Assembly (NCBI GenBank): GCA_028534125.1
Contig: CM052816.1
Coordinates: forward strand, 51,958,001 to 52,022,000
Direction: 5' to 3'
Source of the DNA: Lama glama
Lineage: Eukaryota
DNA length: 64,000 bases
Positions 13,413 to 26,974 of this stretch are shown here, one piece after another. Under the pieces are notes generated by a model. It saw only the letters and a list, made by a program, of their open reading frames with translations, was not told where the DNA came from and did not search any database. Numbering within the stretch: position 1 is the stretch's first letter; the number at the start of each line of letters is the position of its first letter. The position numbers and the translations under genes are program-made.

Positions 13413-14211
13413 AGAAAGGAAGATAGAAAATGTAAAAAGTGTGATTTTTATCATTATTCTTTCATTTAACAGAAGTATTTCAAAAATAACTGAATTTTCT
13501 GTTAAATAACATCTTTCTATTCACTTGGGCAGGTATTGCCTGCTGAGAAAAATCACTTTCTAAAAGACCAGTTTCTACAACAGGACTGAAAGTTGTATTT
13601 TACTGATATCTTTGTTTATATGCAACTGCATACTATTAAAGAAAGGCAATAGCATTAATCTTGTAACACAGTAACATAAACCAAATTCAGTTTTTTAGAA
13701 AATCTTAAATTCTAAGAGAGGAATGCTGTTATTCTACTTTTTTATTTCCTGAAAACTGAAAACAGTTCAACTTAGTCCTAAGAAGCATTTCTATTTCAAA
13801 TATTAAGCAAGAGTTAAAGTTTTACTACAACTGAGGGACATGATTACTAGCATAGGAAAACAGGGATAAGCAAAAAATTAAGAAATGAAGTTCTTTAACT
13901 GTGAAGATTTTCCACATAATGTTAACAAAGATGAATAGATGCTGTTACACAGGACAGTTAAGATTATGGAACTCAAAACCTAGGTGACATAAATCAAACA
14001 CAGTAGACTATAGTAAGTGCCAGTGTCTGGTTAATTTAAAAGTTGTGCAGTTATAAACGACAGTAAGATGGAAAGAGTTGCTAATTATGTGGATGTTAAA
14101 TAAGAAACAATAATAAAGTAGAAATATGAGCAGATTCAATCATCTCACATGTTAAAAAAAAAAAAAAAACACTCCTCTAAATAAACACTGCAGATTAAAG
14201 CTAAGAGAATT

Positions 14212-15158
14212 TTTTTTAATTGAAGTATAGTCAGTTATAATGCATCAATTTCTGGTATACAGCATAATGTCCCAATCATGCATATATACATATATTCATT
14301 TTCATATTCTTTTTCATTAAAGGTTATTACAAGATATTGAATATAGTTCCCTGTGCTACACAGAAAAAAACTGAGGTTTTTTAATCTATTTTTATATATA
14401 GTGGTTATCATATGCAAATCTCAAACTCCCAAATTTATCCCTTCCCACCTCCTTTCCCCTGGTAACCATAAGATTGTTTACTGTGTCTGTAAGTCTGTAT
14501 CTGTTTTGTAGATGAGTTCATTAGTGTCTTTTTTTCTTTTCTTTTTTAGATTCCACTTATGAGTGATATTATATGGTATTTTTCTTTCTCTCTCTGGCTT
14601 ACTTCACTTAGAATGATGATCTCCAGGCCCATCCATTGCTGCAAATGGCAATATTTTATTTTTTATGGCTGAGTAGTATTTCATTGTACAAATATACCAC
14701 AATTTCTTTATCCAGCCATTTGTTGATGGACATTTTGGTTGTTTCTATGTCTTGGCTATTGTATATAGCTGCTGTGAACACTGGGTGAGTGTATCTTTCC
14801 AAATTAGAGTTCCCTCTGATACATGCCTAGGAGTGGGATTTCTGCATCATCTGATAAGTCTGTTTTTAGTTTTTTAAGGAACCTCCATATTGTTTTCCAT
14901 AATGGCTGCACCAAACTACATTCTCACAAGTAGCGTAGGAGGGTTCCCTTTTCTCCATACCCTCTCCACCACTTATCGTTTGTGAACTTTTTAATGATGG
15001 CCATTCTGACTGGTGTGAGGTGATACCTCACTGTAGTTTTGATTTGCATTTTTCTGATAATTAGCATTACTGAGCATTTTTTTATGTGCCTATTGGCCAT
15101 ATGTATGTCTTCACTGGAGAATTGCTTGTTTAGGTCTTCTGCCCATTTTTTGAATTGG
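14212..15158 (-). mobile_element. Young LINE-1, 5'-truncated (~950 bp: ORF2 C-terminus + 3' UTR)
   Basis: ORF 14924..15244 contains [48 protein letters not shown], an L1 ORF2p motif. Confidence 0.92.
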
Positions 15159-15526
15159 GTAAGAAATATTTTTGAAATGTAATTTTTAAAAATACCCCCC
15201 ACCAAAGTATAAAAGCAACACAAAATTAGGAGGTTCAGTAGCACTTAAATAACCCAACTGGAGAACACTACTGTCTTAATTAACGTTGGGCTTTGGCATC
15301 CTTCCCACAGAATCCACAAGGGGATTCCCAGAACTGGAAAGAAATCTCAACCTGAAACTTTTTCAAAGAAGTAGCCATGTCTGATCACTCTGAGGGCAAG
15401 TCTGGAAGCCATCAGAAGAGGAACACCAAGGGTGGTCTCAGCTCAGGATCAGAGCAGCAAAGATATCACTACAGGAAGACAAATGGCCACCATGCTCCCC
15501 AGAGCTGGAAACCCTCAGCACCCTAC

Positions 15527-15616
15527 CTTTTTAATCTTCTTGATGTCTGGATCCTCATCTTCTTGATTGCTTTGGTAAGGTCTCATTCGTTCCTTGGTTT
15601 TATTAAGAGCAACAAT
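15527..15616 (-). CDS. RASGRF2: RASGRF2 coding exon (exon 4 equivalent)
   Basis: 90 nt, phase 0/0; ttatag|ATT...AAG|gtaggg; [30 protein letters not shown]; not in the ORF track, translated by hand. Confidence 0.95.
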
Positions 15617-17920
15617 CTATAACACAAAATTGGTCCATTTCATGATTTGGGAAACATTAGACTATAACCATAAATCATAGGATTTATGCCTACAAGGTAG
15701 CTTATAAGATCCTCAGGAAACATTCACTTTTTACACCCTATCTTTCTTTGGTGCTGACTCAGGGGAAGCATGTACTTCACCCCAAGTCTGTTTCGTTGTG
15801 CTACTAACAAATGTGTTTAGAAGAAATGGCTGTGGAAAGTGTGAACTGTGGTTTGGGTTAGAGAAATGTTAGTCCAAAACTAAGCCTTGTCTGCCAGTGA
15901 TGACCAGACCAAGGTGCCTTCTCAGCACCTCAGTGACATGTCAGTCATCTCACCAATGGCAGCTTCCTATAATGTTCCATGGTCTCCAAATGCAATAACA
16001 TTCAGCTCAAAGCTCCTGCTTCCTATAATCAGCCTGTGGCCTTCCAGGTACACACAGTGCAGCAGACTCACAGATCTTCTTGGAAAAATGGTAACTGCAA
16101 GGGGAATCTGAGAACTCTGGGGTGGGTCCAAGCCAGCCAAGAAAAGAGATAAAGGCAAAAGGAACTGAAACAACCTGGGATCTCTTTATAGTCCCAGCTC
16201 AGTTCTGTGACCTACAAGAGACAACTCAAAACCAGATCGCCTCTGAACTACACTTAGTAATAAAATTCCGTGGACTGTCACTCAATTTCAGGATTTTGCA
16301 AACTTAAGGACCTATTCAGACTTACTAACAAACAAACACTTAAAAAGTTAAGATCATAACTGCTCCCTCTGACCTGTCTTTACATTTTTGTCCCCATCAC
16401 CAAATACACTCCTCTGCCATTTTCTGGCAGGGAATCAGTGGGAAAATAAAAGGAGTAGGAAATAAATCATGGCTGCTGTCAAGTGGCCACACAAGACATA
16501 CCTGCTACTGACAGTTTTTAGCTGCAGTATATAGTCAGACTAAAATAGAACACAGTGAAGACAGTTAAGGACACAAATAAATATTGGGGAGCATCGCTTG
16601 GTGCTGAGTCTCTCTCACTGAGCAAGTGCCAACCTCTTTCACTTAGCAGACAATCATCTGCTCTAGCTAACTTTGGCGAAGAAAGAACACAATAATTTTG
16701 TTTTAAATTACAGGGCCTGATATAGTCTTTTAAAATGCAGATCTGTTAAGTTTTCTGTTGTTGTTTTCACTATCTTGGATTTCAGGGTTGAATCGGGAAG
16801 TTAACAACACTAATGATATGGTGAACAGTCTGCAACTTATCATCAGAGAGGCAATCAGATCCCAATTGAAATCAGCTTATACTCATGCTCTGTCCCCTGG
16901 AAGCGATGGACACAGGCAGCCCAAGGTGAAAACCCTCATCAGATTCACAGAGTGTGTTTTAGAAGAAGATGTGTGGAAATGAAAAAGAAAATGTTGAATG
17001 ACAGAAAAGCAACAAGAAAGTTACCAAGACTGAGGACACTGAATTGTTTCTGTCAACAAGGATACAGTTAGTAGTAGATTTCATTCTGTCATATTCTGTT
17101 CTTTGAAGCTAAGAAGACACTAATGGACCACTGGTCAGGAGTGGAAAAACCTCACTGTCTACCTCCCTCTTCAATTCTTCAGTTATTGATCAGTTCCCAC
17201 AAGAAATGACAGGACAGCAAGGGGAGATACACTCAGGTTTCTGTGCACAGACGGAGGCACCCTGGAGAGAGGGAGGATCCAGGCTCACCACCACCACCAC
17301 GGCTGCCAGCTCCACGACCACCTCCGCTCTCACTGGAGTCAGTCTCACTGTCTGGGGTGCAAAACCTGAGAAGTTCAGAGTGGGGTGGGAAGTGGAGGGA
17401 GGCAGGAATTCCAATTTCAGGCAAAAATGCACCCTAGCAATTTTTTTTTATACTTTAACTCAAGTGAGTTTTTCAAAATTCTAGAGGGGAGAAGGATGGA
17501 CCCCTTAGATCCAGAAAAAGTAAAGACTTTCTGAATTCATGTTTGGACCTTCCTTAGGTGTCATTTGGACTTTCACTGAATCTATGACGGACTCGCAATT
17601 ATCATGATTTTGAGTCAATCCAAAAACAGTTCATTATAGTCAACTCTTAAATATCTGATCAAATGAAGGACAGCAGGAGCGCAAATAAGTTAAAAATATC
17701 ACATTATCCTGATTTTTTTGTAACATATTTATCTAATCCTGACATAGACCTTCGATTCTTTTCTAATGCACATTAGTAGCCCAGCCATGAACGTGTTGAT
17801 GGCAGAGGAACCAAGTTTGGCATTAAAATTTTGCCCTGATAATAAGCCTTAAGTAATCATGAGGAGACGGCAATAAACGTGAAACAATGAGAAGGAATCT
17901 ATCAACTGGGAAATAAATAC

Positions 17921-18068
17921 CTCTGATTTAAGCCTTTCGATTTCTGTGTCTTGATCTTCAAGTTGATGCCGGAGTTGGTTAGCTGCAATTTTTTCTGTCT
18001 CTACGATCTGAACTAGATGAATGTACTTCTGCATTAACACTTCCCTCTCAATCAAAATGTCTGCATAA
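17921..18068 (-). CDS. RASGRF2: RASGRF2 coding exon (human exon 3 equivalent), coiled-coil region
   Basis: 148 nt; acceptor tctcaag|T, donor GAG|gtattt; 1 nt + [49 protein letters not shown]. Confidence 0.96.
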
Positions 18069-18804
18069 CTTGAGAGAAAATTACACAGTCAGTCATTGAG
18101 ACATTGTTCTACTACAGTTTCATATAGAACAGGACGCGCTACATTTAAAAAAGAAGCCATAAACATAGTTGGTTAGCTAGCTCTACTTTATGTAAACATT
18201 AACGTTTGGCTTACATTTGGTATCCTTTAACTACACAGAAGTTGAATTATTATCATTTTATATTAACTTTACTACAAGTTCATTTAATGATGGCTACCAC
18301 CCACAACTTTATCATATAAGTGAGAAAGGTGCAAAGGAAATCTCTTGTTTTATAAAGGAAACAGTGGATCTACTCTAACAAAAACTGAAGTCTTGGAATT
18401 GATGGCACATGCTCAAAATATTTCACTGGGTAAGGCACTAGCCAATCAGAACAGATCTGCCACCAAGCAGAATGAATGCAGGGAGCATCAGAACGGGCAC
18501 TGGCTGGAAAGAACTATGATGACTGTACCAGTGACTGCCAGCCCTGCTTGGCTCTCTTTAGGATTATGAGACCATCGACTTCTCTCTTCCAAAACCAACA
18601 GAAGCAAAAATTTCATTCTAAAAATAAGCACAGATTCTTGGGCCCTCATATCATCAGCCTAGCCTATGTCCATTTCTTTGGCCAAGAGTGGAAGACGCAA
18701 AGTTCTCTCTTCAATTTTGATTTGCTTCCAGATTTTCTTGCACTACTGAAGGTCGTAAAATGCATGCTCTTCCATTCCCCAAATCTCTCCAAAGTGATTT
18801 GGTA

Positions 18805-19010
18805 ACAGTAATAAATAATTGCTATTTACTGAGTGTGTAGGATGTACCATATATATTCTTGCTCTCCCAGCAACCTGGAGAGATAGGCTTCATCATCCCA
18901 ATGGTACAGAGAAAGAATCTGATCCTCACAGAGGTCACACAGCTAGCAGGCGGCAGGGCTGGGATTCAAATCAAGGTGTATCTGACCCTAAGCCCATGTT
19001 CTTAGCCACA
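18805..19010 (-). mobile_element. MIR SINE
   Basis: gctatttactgagtg...aggtcacacagctagcaggcggcagggctgggattcaaatc, reverse of MIR consensus. Confidence 0.7.
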
Positions 19011-19189
19011 AGATAAACTGTCTCCCTAATGAAAAACAATCCACTTAATATAAACAAGAACGTTGCAACTGACGTGTTTTCAGATATCTGCCCAATCTCC
19101 CATCTACTTACCTCCTCTTTGGGAACATGGGCTGTGGTAGCCGTGTTTATAGCACAAAATCTGCTCTCACGATCACATTTCACTAGTCT

Positions 19190-19595
19190 AGAAAGATAAC
19201 TGGCCCAAGCTAAACCAGTTGGATTCTTTCTCCTTGGAATCTGGCATTATGCCTCTGACTTATTTGCTTAAACTGAGATGGTATGAACTTGGGAACTCAA
19301 GAGACTACTGCTGGTTAGCCATATTTGGCCACACCCACACCAAAACTAAGTAAGTCTGCTGAGCAAGAAAAGAATAAGCAGATGTTCAGAAAAACAGAGA
19401 CAAGAGAGACAGAAAGTCTGAGACAGAAAGGTTATGACTTCCTGGGTTCCAGTCAGCTTTTTGGTTTCTAGTTCCAGACCCTCATGATAAAATTTTACCC
19501 TTGGATTCAGTGAGATACTATTGCAGTTTCCACCAAATAAATTCTCTTTTTAACCTAAACTAGTTTGAAATAGCTATGTGTTCCCTGGAACTGGA
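19190..19595 (+). mobile_element. Old ERVL-class LTR (LTR33/LTR16-like)
   Basis: ggcccaagctaaaccag...aaataaattctctttttaacctaaactagtttga...gaagagtctt 3' LTR pattern. Confidence 0.5.
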
Positions 19596-20629
19596 AGAGT
19601 CTTAAAGCAATTCTAAAATCACAATTTTAGTTCAATTATCTCAACATTCTCAGCACTTACATCATGTGTGTCATTGGTGTTAGGAAAAAACATAGTGTCA
19701 GCAATATTTTTAAGTCACTTGTTCTAAGAAATTACCCTAAGAGAGTAGAAAGAAAGGCTGTGGAAGTGGAAGTGGGAAGAGGGGAAAGAAGAAAAAGAAA
19801 GTCTTCATAGAAATATGCTTTGGAGAACTTTAAATGGAGGACTACCCATAGAGCATGAGAAAATTAGTTATTATAATAAAAACTCTGCCCTTTCTCATCA
19901 ATTTTATTAGAAATATGTCAAATGTATTACAAATACATTAGACCAATGTTAGATAGCAAAACAATATTTTGTTTTCTCTTATAAAAAGAAAAAGTCCAGG
20001 CCAGGATATGCAGCTGAATTCATGCAGACTCATCACCGACATCTGCCTCCCTTCACATCCAAAGTCCCATTGAAATGCTAGGAAAAATTGTTTTCTGTTT
20101 AAAGAATGAAACCATAACAGCATTATGAAACAGGAAAATATGCCATCAACAGCCCAGAAGTTTTATGAAATTCCATGAAGAGAAAAAAACCAACTTGAAT
20201 CTGAGTGGCAAGAAAATGAGAGCAGAGGAAACCACACACACAGACCCCTTGCAAAAGCGTGGTTCCCAGCTAGAGTGGCCTGAGACACAACAAGGCCAGA
20301 ATCAACAAATACAAAGGACGGGAGCAGACAAGGGAAGGATCATCAGGGGCTTCCACTAAACAAGTGCCTTCAGAACATCTGAAGTTAGGTTCCTTCCCAT
20401 CCCCCCCAGCATAAAGAAATGAAAGGCACCACGGGCAGTAGTGACATGCTCTCAGGTCACAGCCCAAGATCTGCCCTCTGCAGAAAGGGGGCCACCTTCC
20501 TGAGGAAGGCTTCTCATGAGGAAGCTGGACTCAGAGAGAACGGAGCTTGGCTCTACACCACACATCCACCGTAGACACAAGAGAGAACCAAAAAAGGAAA
20601 GGCACTGAGAAGGACTCGCAGTGAAACAC

Positions 20630-21190
20630 ACTATTAATTTTCTATTGTGTAACAAATTACCACAAGCTTAGTGGTTTACACAGCACGTATGTATTATCTC
20701 ATAGTTTCTGTGGGTCACTTTAGCTAGATTCTCAGCTCAGAGTCTCACAAGGCTGCAATCAAGGTGCCAGTCAAGGTACATTCTCTTCTGGGGCCTTAAG
20801 GGGGAAGAACCCACTTCCCAGTTCATTCAGGCTGTAGGAAGAAGTCATTTTCTTGCAGTGATGGAACTCATGCAGTTTGCTTCTGGAAGGGTAGCAGAAG
20901 AGCATCTCTGACCTCAAGGAAGGCTCCCATCCCTCCTTGATTAAGTCGGTCCCACCCAGGAAAATCTCCCTTTTAATCAATTCAGAATCAACTGATTTAG
21001 GACTATAAGGACATCCGCAAAATCTTTCTTTTGCCCTGTACTGTAACCTAGTCAAGGGGGTGACTATCCTGTCTTGTTTGCTATATACTAGTAGCTGGTA
21101 GCAAGTCACAGTTTCCATCCATGCACACCTGAAGGGGATGGAACCACAGATGAGGGAGTCCCAGCCAACCTTCCTGCTGTCTGCCCCCAT
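20630..21190 (-). mobile_element. MaLR LTR (MLT1 family)
   Basis: tgtgtaacaaattaccacaagcttagtggttt...tctcacaaggctgcaatcaaggtg, reverse of MLT1 3' end. Confidence 0.8.
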
Positions 21191-21327
21191 ACCTGAGAAG
21201 GAAGCCTACACAAGTGACACAGACCCTACACTCAGTCACAGCATAAACCAAGGCCAGCCACCTGTAATAACCCTCAAGGTCCTTCATTCAGAAACAAAGG
21301 TCACTTGAGAAAACCAGTTCCCAAAAG

Positions 21328-21895
21328 ACAGCAGCAGACAGCATGTCAGATGGCCCCAGTGACCCCTGCCTCCTGGTATTCATGTTCTTATGGAACCCCT
21401 TCCTCTTGACTGTGAGCTGGAGCAAGGTGACTTACTTCTAAGGGATAGAATACAGCAAAAGTGAGGGGATGGCACCTCCAAGCTCAGTTTACAAGGAGAT
21501 TCATCTTATTCGCCTTCTCTTGCTATCTTGCTGGTTTGCACTGGGAGTCAGTGCCATGTTGTGAGCTGCTATATGGAGAGGCCCATATAGATGACACTGA
21601 GAGGCCCCCAACCAACAGCTGATGAGGAACTGAGGCTTCAGTCCAACAACTGGTAGGGAGTGAATCTAGCCAACAATCATGGGAGTGAACTTGGAAGCAG
21701 ATCCTTCTCCTTCTGAGCCTTCAGAGGAGACTGCAGACCTGGCTGACACCTTGGTGGTTGCCTTGCGACCTTAGGGCAGAGGCACCCAGCTAAACTGTGC
21801 CTGGATTTCTGAACCCAGACACTGTGGGGGACAATATATTGTTAATTGTTTGAAGCACTGTGGAGTAAATTGTCAAGCAGCAGTAGATAATAAAT
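21328..21895 (+). mobile_element. MaLR LTR (MLT1E/F-like)
   Basis: gatggccccagtgacccctgcctcctggtattca...ggaactgaggc...gcagcagtagataataa. Confidence 0.8.
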
Positions 21896-21899
21896 GTAG

Positions 21900-24055
21900 T
21901 GTCAAATGAACAAGCAGAAAAGATACTAGAGAAACAAGGTTAATTCAGGCAACAGAGATTTATTATCTTCAGGGAGATATGGAAGGATATTAGAGCCAGA
22001 AGGCAAGAAGGGGCTGCCACAGAAAAGAAGTAATCAGATAACAGGAAGAGTTCTTGGAAACAGAAACGATAATTAAAATTTTACAGGTCAGTGAATGTGC
22101 TAACCAATAAACCAGACATGGCTGCAAACTAAGCTGCGTGGCTGCAGAGATAAAGAACACTGAACAAAAATACATACTGGAAATAGGAAACAAAAATTGA
22201 GCAGCACGGAATACAGATCCAAGAGGTCTAAAAATTATCTTATGGGAGTTTCAGAAGGGAAAAAACAGAGACTGCACTGGGGAAGAAATAGTTTAAGAAA
22301 TCAAAAAAGGTTTCCTTGAACTGAATACGGTACAGCTCAAATAGAAAGGATAATCCAAATGCCAGAGAGGCTAAATAAAAAGAATTTCATACCCTGCCAT
22401 ACTCTGGCAAAATATCAGAGTTCTAAGGATAAAGAAAGATTACAAAAACTTCCAAAGAGAAACCACAGGTTAGCTAAAGAAAGCAAGTATCAAGCTGATG
22501 CACTTCGCATCGGTAATCTAGGATGCTAGAGGTCACAACAAAGAACTGAGGGAAACATATTTTGAACCTAAACTTCTACAACCAGGCAACCAATCAACCA
22601 AGTGCCAGTTCAAGACAGAGACAGTTTACTAACAACCACACTTACTATAGGAGAAAAATTATGCAGAAGTTTTCCAACTAAACAAAATAGAAAATAAAGA
22701 TACAAGATGACATGGAGTGCAAGCATACAAACTTTTGATGAAGTAAAGGAAGCCAGAAAGAAATCAGAAATTAGTGCATGGAAGATTCTCCTTCAAGGAG
22801 CAAATATTCAATCGCACATGACTACATTTCATTCTCTGTGGAACTGAAGACCAGCCTCGATAGTTGGTACATAATATTCGTATAACCATGATGTAAATGC
22901 CCCTTACTGTTTTTTAATTTGCAGAATCAACACAGGCTTAATTAAATTTAGAGAGCAGAAAGTAAATGTTTAAAAGTTTATAAACAGAATAAATAATAAT
23001 GAAAGTAATAAAACCTCAGGGTTAGAGTAGAGAAAAGAACAATAAAAACACATTAGACGTCTTAATTTAGTTTATCTTTCTTTATCTTTACTTTACTTTA
23101 TCTTTATCTTAATTTATCTTTCAGAGATATCAGCAGAGATTCAATACATACTGCCCAAAGTTGATATATTAACAGAGGTTTAAGGATATTATTTTAAGAC
23201 ATAAAGTCAAAGAATTTAAGAGCCAAAAATAAGTAAATAACAAAAATAGGGGGGACAAAGGGAGGGGAGGGAAGAGGAATTGTAAGGATGTTAAATTCTT
23301 CATTTTTATAGCAGGAAGCCAATAATACTACCTAAAATTACTGAGTCAAGAAATAGACAAAAGGACTTCATAGAATATAATATATGAATGACTAATAAAT
23401 ATAGGAAAAAAGGTCCTACTTAATCAAAGAAATAAAAATTGTTCAGCAAATTTATCAAGAGTTTTGGAAAACAAAACTATTCAGTGCCTACAAAGATATA
23501 GTAAACTGGGTACTCCTGGAGTGAGCCGTCCAGGAGACTGTGTCACAATATGTATCAAGATAGTAATTTCACTTCTAATAATCTCACCCAAGGAAAACAA
23601 ACATAGACTTGCACAAAGATAGTCAAAGAAACAAGATGTTCAGACATTAAAATAAATATAAGAAAATGGAAATGATCTAAATATACTTGTATATAATAAG
23701 AAAATGATTAAACAAGTAATAGTACATCTACACAAGGGAATGATACAAGCCATTAAAAATCATATTTTTAAGGAACATACCCAAGATCTACTAATAAATG
23801 AACAACAATGACAACAAAAACCCCAGGAGAATAAAATAAATATGATTTCGCACGCATATGCATGTAAATTCATATGCAGAGAGAGGAAACTACGTTCATC
23901 ACAGCTATAAGGGATTAGGAAGAAGAGGAGAGAAAGAGAAAAAAACAGGCACTCCAAACACAAAAAGGAATTTTCTCTGGTTGGAGCAATTATGGATAAT
24001 TTTAAATTACTTCTTTTGTTGCTTTTTTGTATTTTCCAACATCTCGATAATATTA
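21900..24055 (+). mobile_element. Degenerate old L1-related tract: ORF1-like (possibly HAL1) followed by L1ME-type 3' sequence
   Basis: A-rich + strand; ORF1-like ggagtttcagaaggg...gaaaggataatccaaatgccag; 3' UTR-like aatgatacaagccattaaaaat. Confidence 0.5.
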
Positions 24056-24161
24056 GGCAGAACCTCCCCCCGACCATTACAAATCCTAATGGCAATTATT
24101 TACTCCGTGAGGTGGGATTATGTAATGTTTATTTCCTTCTTTACATGTTCCTGGGACTCCA

Positions 24162-24840
24162 CATTCATTCTTTCACTCAATATTTATTGAATGTTATGTA
24201 CCCAGACACTGTTCAAAGTACTGGATACATGAGTAAACAAAGTAGGGGGGAAAAAATCTGTGCCTTTGTGGTGTTTATACTGTAGTGCAAAGCAAAAGAC
24301 AATAAAACAAATAAGAAAAATATATAGTATGTTACCAGGTGATGATTACCTTAAAGGAAAAAAGGGAGGAGTGAGATAGGAAGTGGAGGAGATGGGGTTA
24401 CATCTTTCACCAGGGTGTGAGAGTGTCTCACTGAGAAGATGGCACTAGAGTAACGAGCTGGGGAAGCTGTGTGGCCGGCTGGGGGAAGAGCCTTCCAGGT
24501 AGAGGCAAGAGCAAGTGCAAAAGCCCTGTGGTGGGAGCAGGCCTGGCCTGTGTGGGGAATGGCAAGGTGGCCAGCATTGGAGGGAGTAAATGAGACGGAG
24601 AAGAGGGAAACAGGATTCTGATGCACATAGGGCCCTGTAGACCAATATAAAGTCTCAGGCTTTCTCACCCTGCATGAGATGCTGAGCTTTGATCAGAAGT
24701 GCGGCAAGATCTGACTTTTTAACAGGATCACAAACTGGCTGCTGTGATGAGAAAGGGCAGAGGGGAGCAGTGGAATACAAGGCGAGAAGGGAGACCAGAA
24801 GGAGGTTTTGCAATAATCCGGGCAAAAGATGTTAAAGATT
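24162..24840 (-). mobile_element. LINE-2 3' region
   Basis: cattcattctttcactcaatatttattgaatg tail; gcaagtgcaaaagccctgtggtgggag motif. Confidence 0.8.
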
Positions 24841-25681
24841 AGTCCAGCCCCTAGGCTGGGCCTGGCACAGAACAGTCATTCAAATGAAGTCATGGCCAAA
24901 AGGAAAATGTCATCTAATATGACTTCTTTTGTATGGTTTATTTTCTTCATAAGATAATTTTCATTTCTCATCAGTTTTAAGTCATTCAATGTATTTCATT
25001 GGTAGTAGTAGTTTACTACTCTGATGGGGATATCCTCTCAACTTTAAACCACAACGCTTTCTTTTTATACCCCACTAGTAAATAAAAGTCTACACCGGAC
25101 TGCGTTAAATCAACTGAAAATGCATGCATGGTGAGAATTTTCCACGTGTGAGAATTTTCAGAGCATTGTTATTTCTATTCTACTGTATTTCCAATATATG
25201 TTTTACCTGATTAAATCTTCCAGTAACAAGATAATGCTTAAGTTTGAGTTTTTGCCTAATCTATTCATTATTTCCATTTTGTCTTTTTTTGTTGTTACTT
25301 AGTTTAACTTTCAACAGGAAAAAATGGTTTCTCACTGCCAAGGGAAATAATAAAAATAAACCATATAAATCAACATGATGAAAGCCAAACTAATCCAATG
25401 AGTACCAACAGACGGCAGTTTGAGGTGCATATATGGGAGTAAAATATTCACATGCAATATTTATAATCAAAACCAAACCACCGTTACTCCATTTAGGAGA
25501 GAAGGAAATATTCCAGAAGAATCCTTGAACAGCCCAGAGAAGAGGCACAGTATAAAATTATAGGCCTTAATTATTTTTATAGAAGGGGAAAAATTATATT
25601 AGCTTAGCAAGGAATTGCTAGAATTTCATCCTAGTTATTTAGATTGAAGACATATTTGCTAATGAGAGATACATATATAAA

Positions 25682-25958
25682 ATGCTAGATATATGGTAAT
25701 TATAATATTATATGTTATATAAATATAACATATAATATTATAAATATATTATATAAATATATAAATAACATAAATTTATAATATAAAACTGTATAAATTT
25801 GTATATAATATATAAACTATATAAATTATAAATATATATTATATACAATATTATTATCATTATAAACATAATTATAAACATAATTATAAACATACATAAT
25901 AATACTATTATAATTAAAACATAATTATAATATTATAATTAGCATATATATCTAGCAT
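25682..25958. repeat. AT-rich low-complexity block bounded by an imperfect inverted repeat
   Basis: Left arm atgctagatatatggtaattataatattatatgtt; right arm aacataattataatattataattagcatatatatctagcat. Confidence 0.8.
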
Positions 25959-25964
25959 ATCACA

Positions 25965-25999
25965 GAGCGAGCGAGCGAGCGAGAGAGAGAGAGAGAGAG
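25965..25999. repeat. (GAGC)n(GA)n microsatellite
   Basis: Direct read. Confidence 0.9.
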
Positions 26000-26974
26000 T
26001 GCTATAGTAAAATCCAAACGGAAAAGTCATGTAACAGGTAACTGAAGAAAAATTCCCACTAGCTCCAGGATTATGCTCAGTTTTATTGAGAAAACTTTCG
26101 AATCAGCATTTCTCATATCACAGTGTCTTTGAGAATTGGGAAAATCCAGTCCTGGATGACAGTGGTGCAGTTCCTGTGTAAGCAATATTTGTCTGAGCAC
26201 AGGCAGCAGTGCCCTGATCCAAGCACGACCAGGCCTCCGTAGCATCATTCATGGCCACTTTAGCATTGCTACCTTTCATTTTTCTGGCTCTCAAATTCTC
26301 TTACATCAATAGCTCCACACCACTGGCTAATCAAAACATTTTTCAGGTATCACACTAATGTGAGGTTCTAGCACTAGCTCACTCTCATAATCTCTTTTCT
26401 TTCTACACACAGGATCTCCTCTAAGCTGCCCCCTTTACAATGAGTGAAAACTCAAGCATCTCTGTTAGAAGAGACCAAAAAGAGTAAAGATTAAAGTTCC
26501 CTGTTTGAAACACTGCTCCTTCTTTCCAGGTCACAGTTGTGGTTCACTACTTCAACATTTGACTAACTTTGGGACATGTGGAAAGTTGTCAATAATCTTT
26601 TAAGCACAATGAAATATAAAAAACAAGAAAAATATTGTTTTAAGTAAACATAACAGAAAGTCAATAATGGTAAAGTTATTATTTTGGTACAAAGACATTT
26701 TAAGGAACGCTTCTAAAGTTAAATACATTTTATAGTGCCAGACTACAAAACTGAGGAATATGTCTTGTATCACAGTTCATATTGATTCTTTCCTAATACT
26801 GAGACTTTTACTTCTTTACAAGTATGCACAAATAGGTATTGGTAGAATTCTCTTTATTATTATCAAAAATTCTTTAGCAAGAATATATTTCTAACTATAT
26901 TCATTAAACACAAATGGATTAAAGGGGTTTATAAATTCTCATATTTAATTTCCACTAGGAAGACTATAGGCAAA

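Noticed and set aside
19112..19187. Possible 76-nt minus-strand cryptic exon (ctttctag|...GAG|gtaagt)
   Set aside because: Short pyrimidine tract at the edge of an LTR relic; such site pairs are expected by chance in tens of kb of intron.
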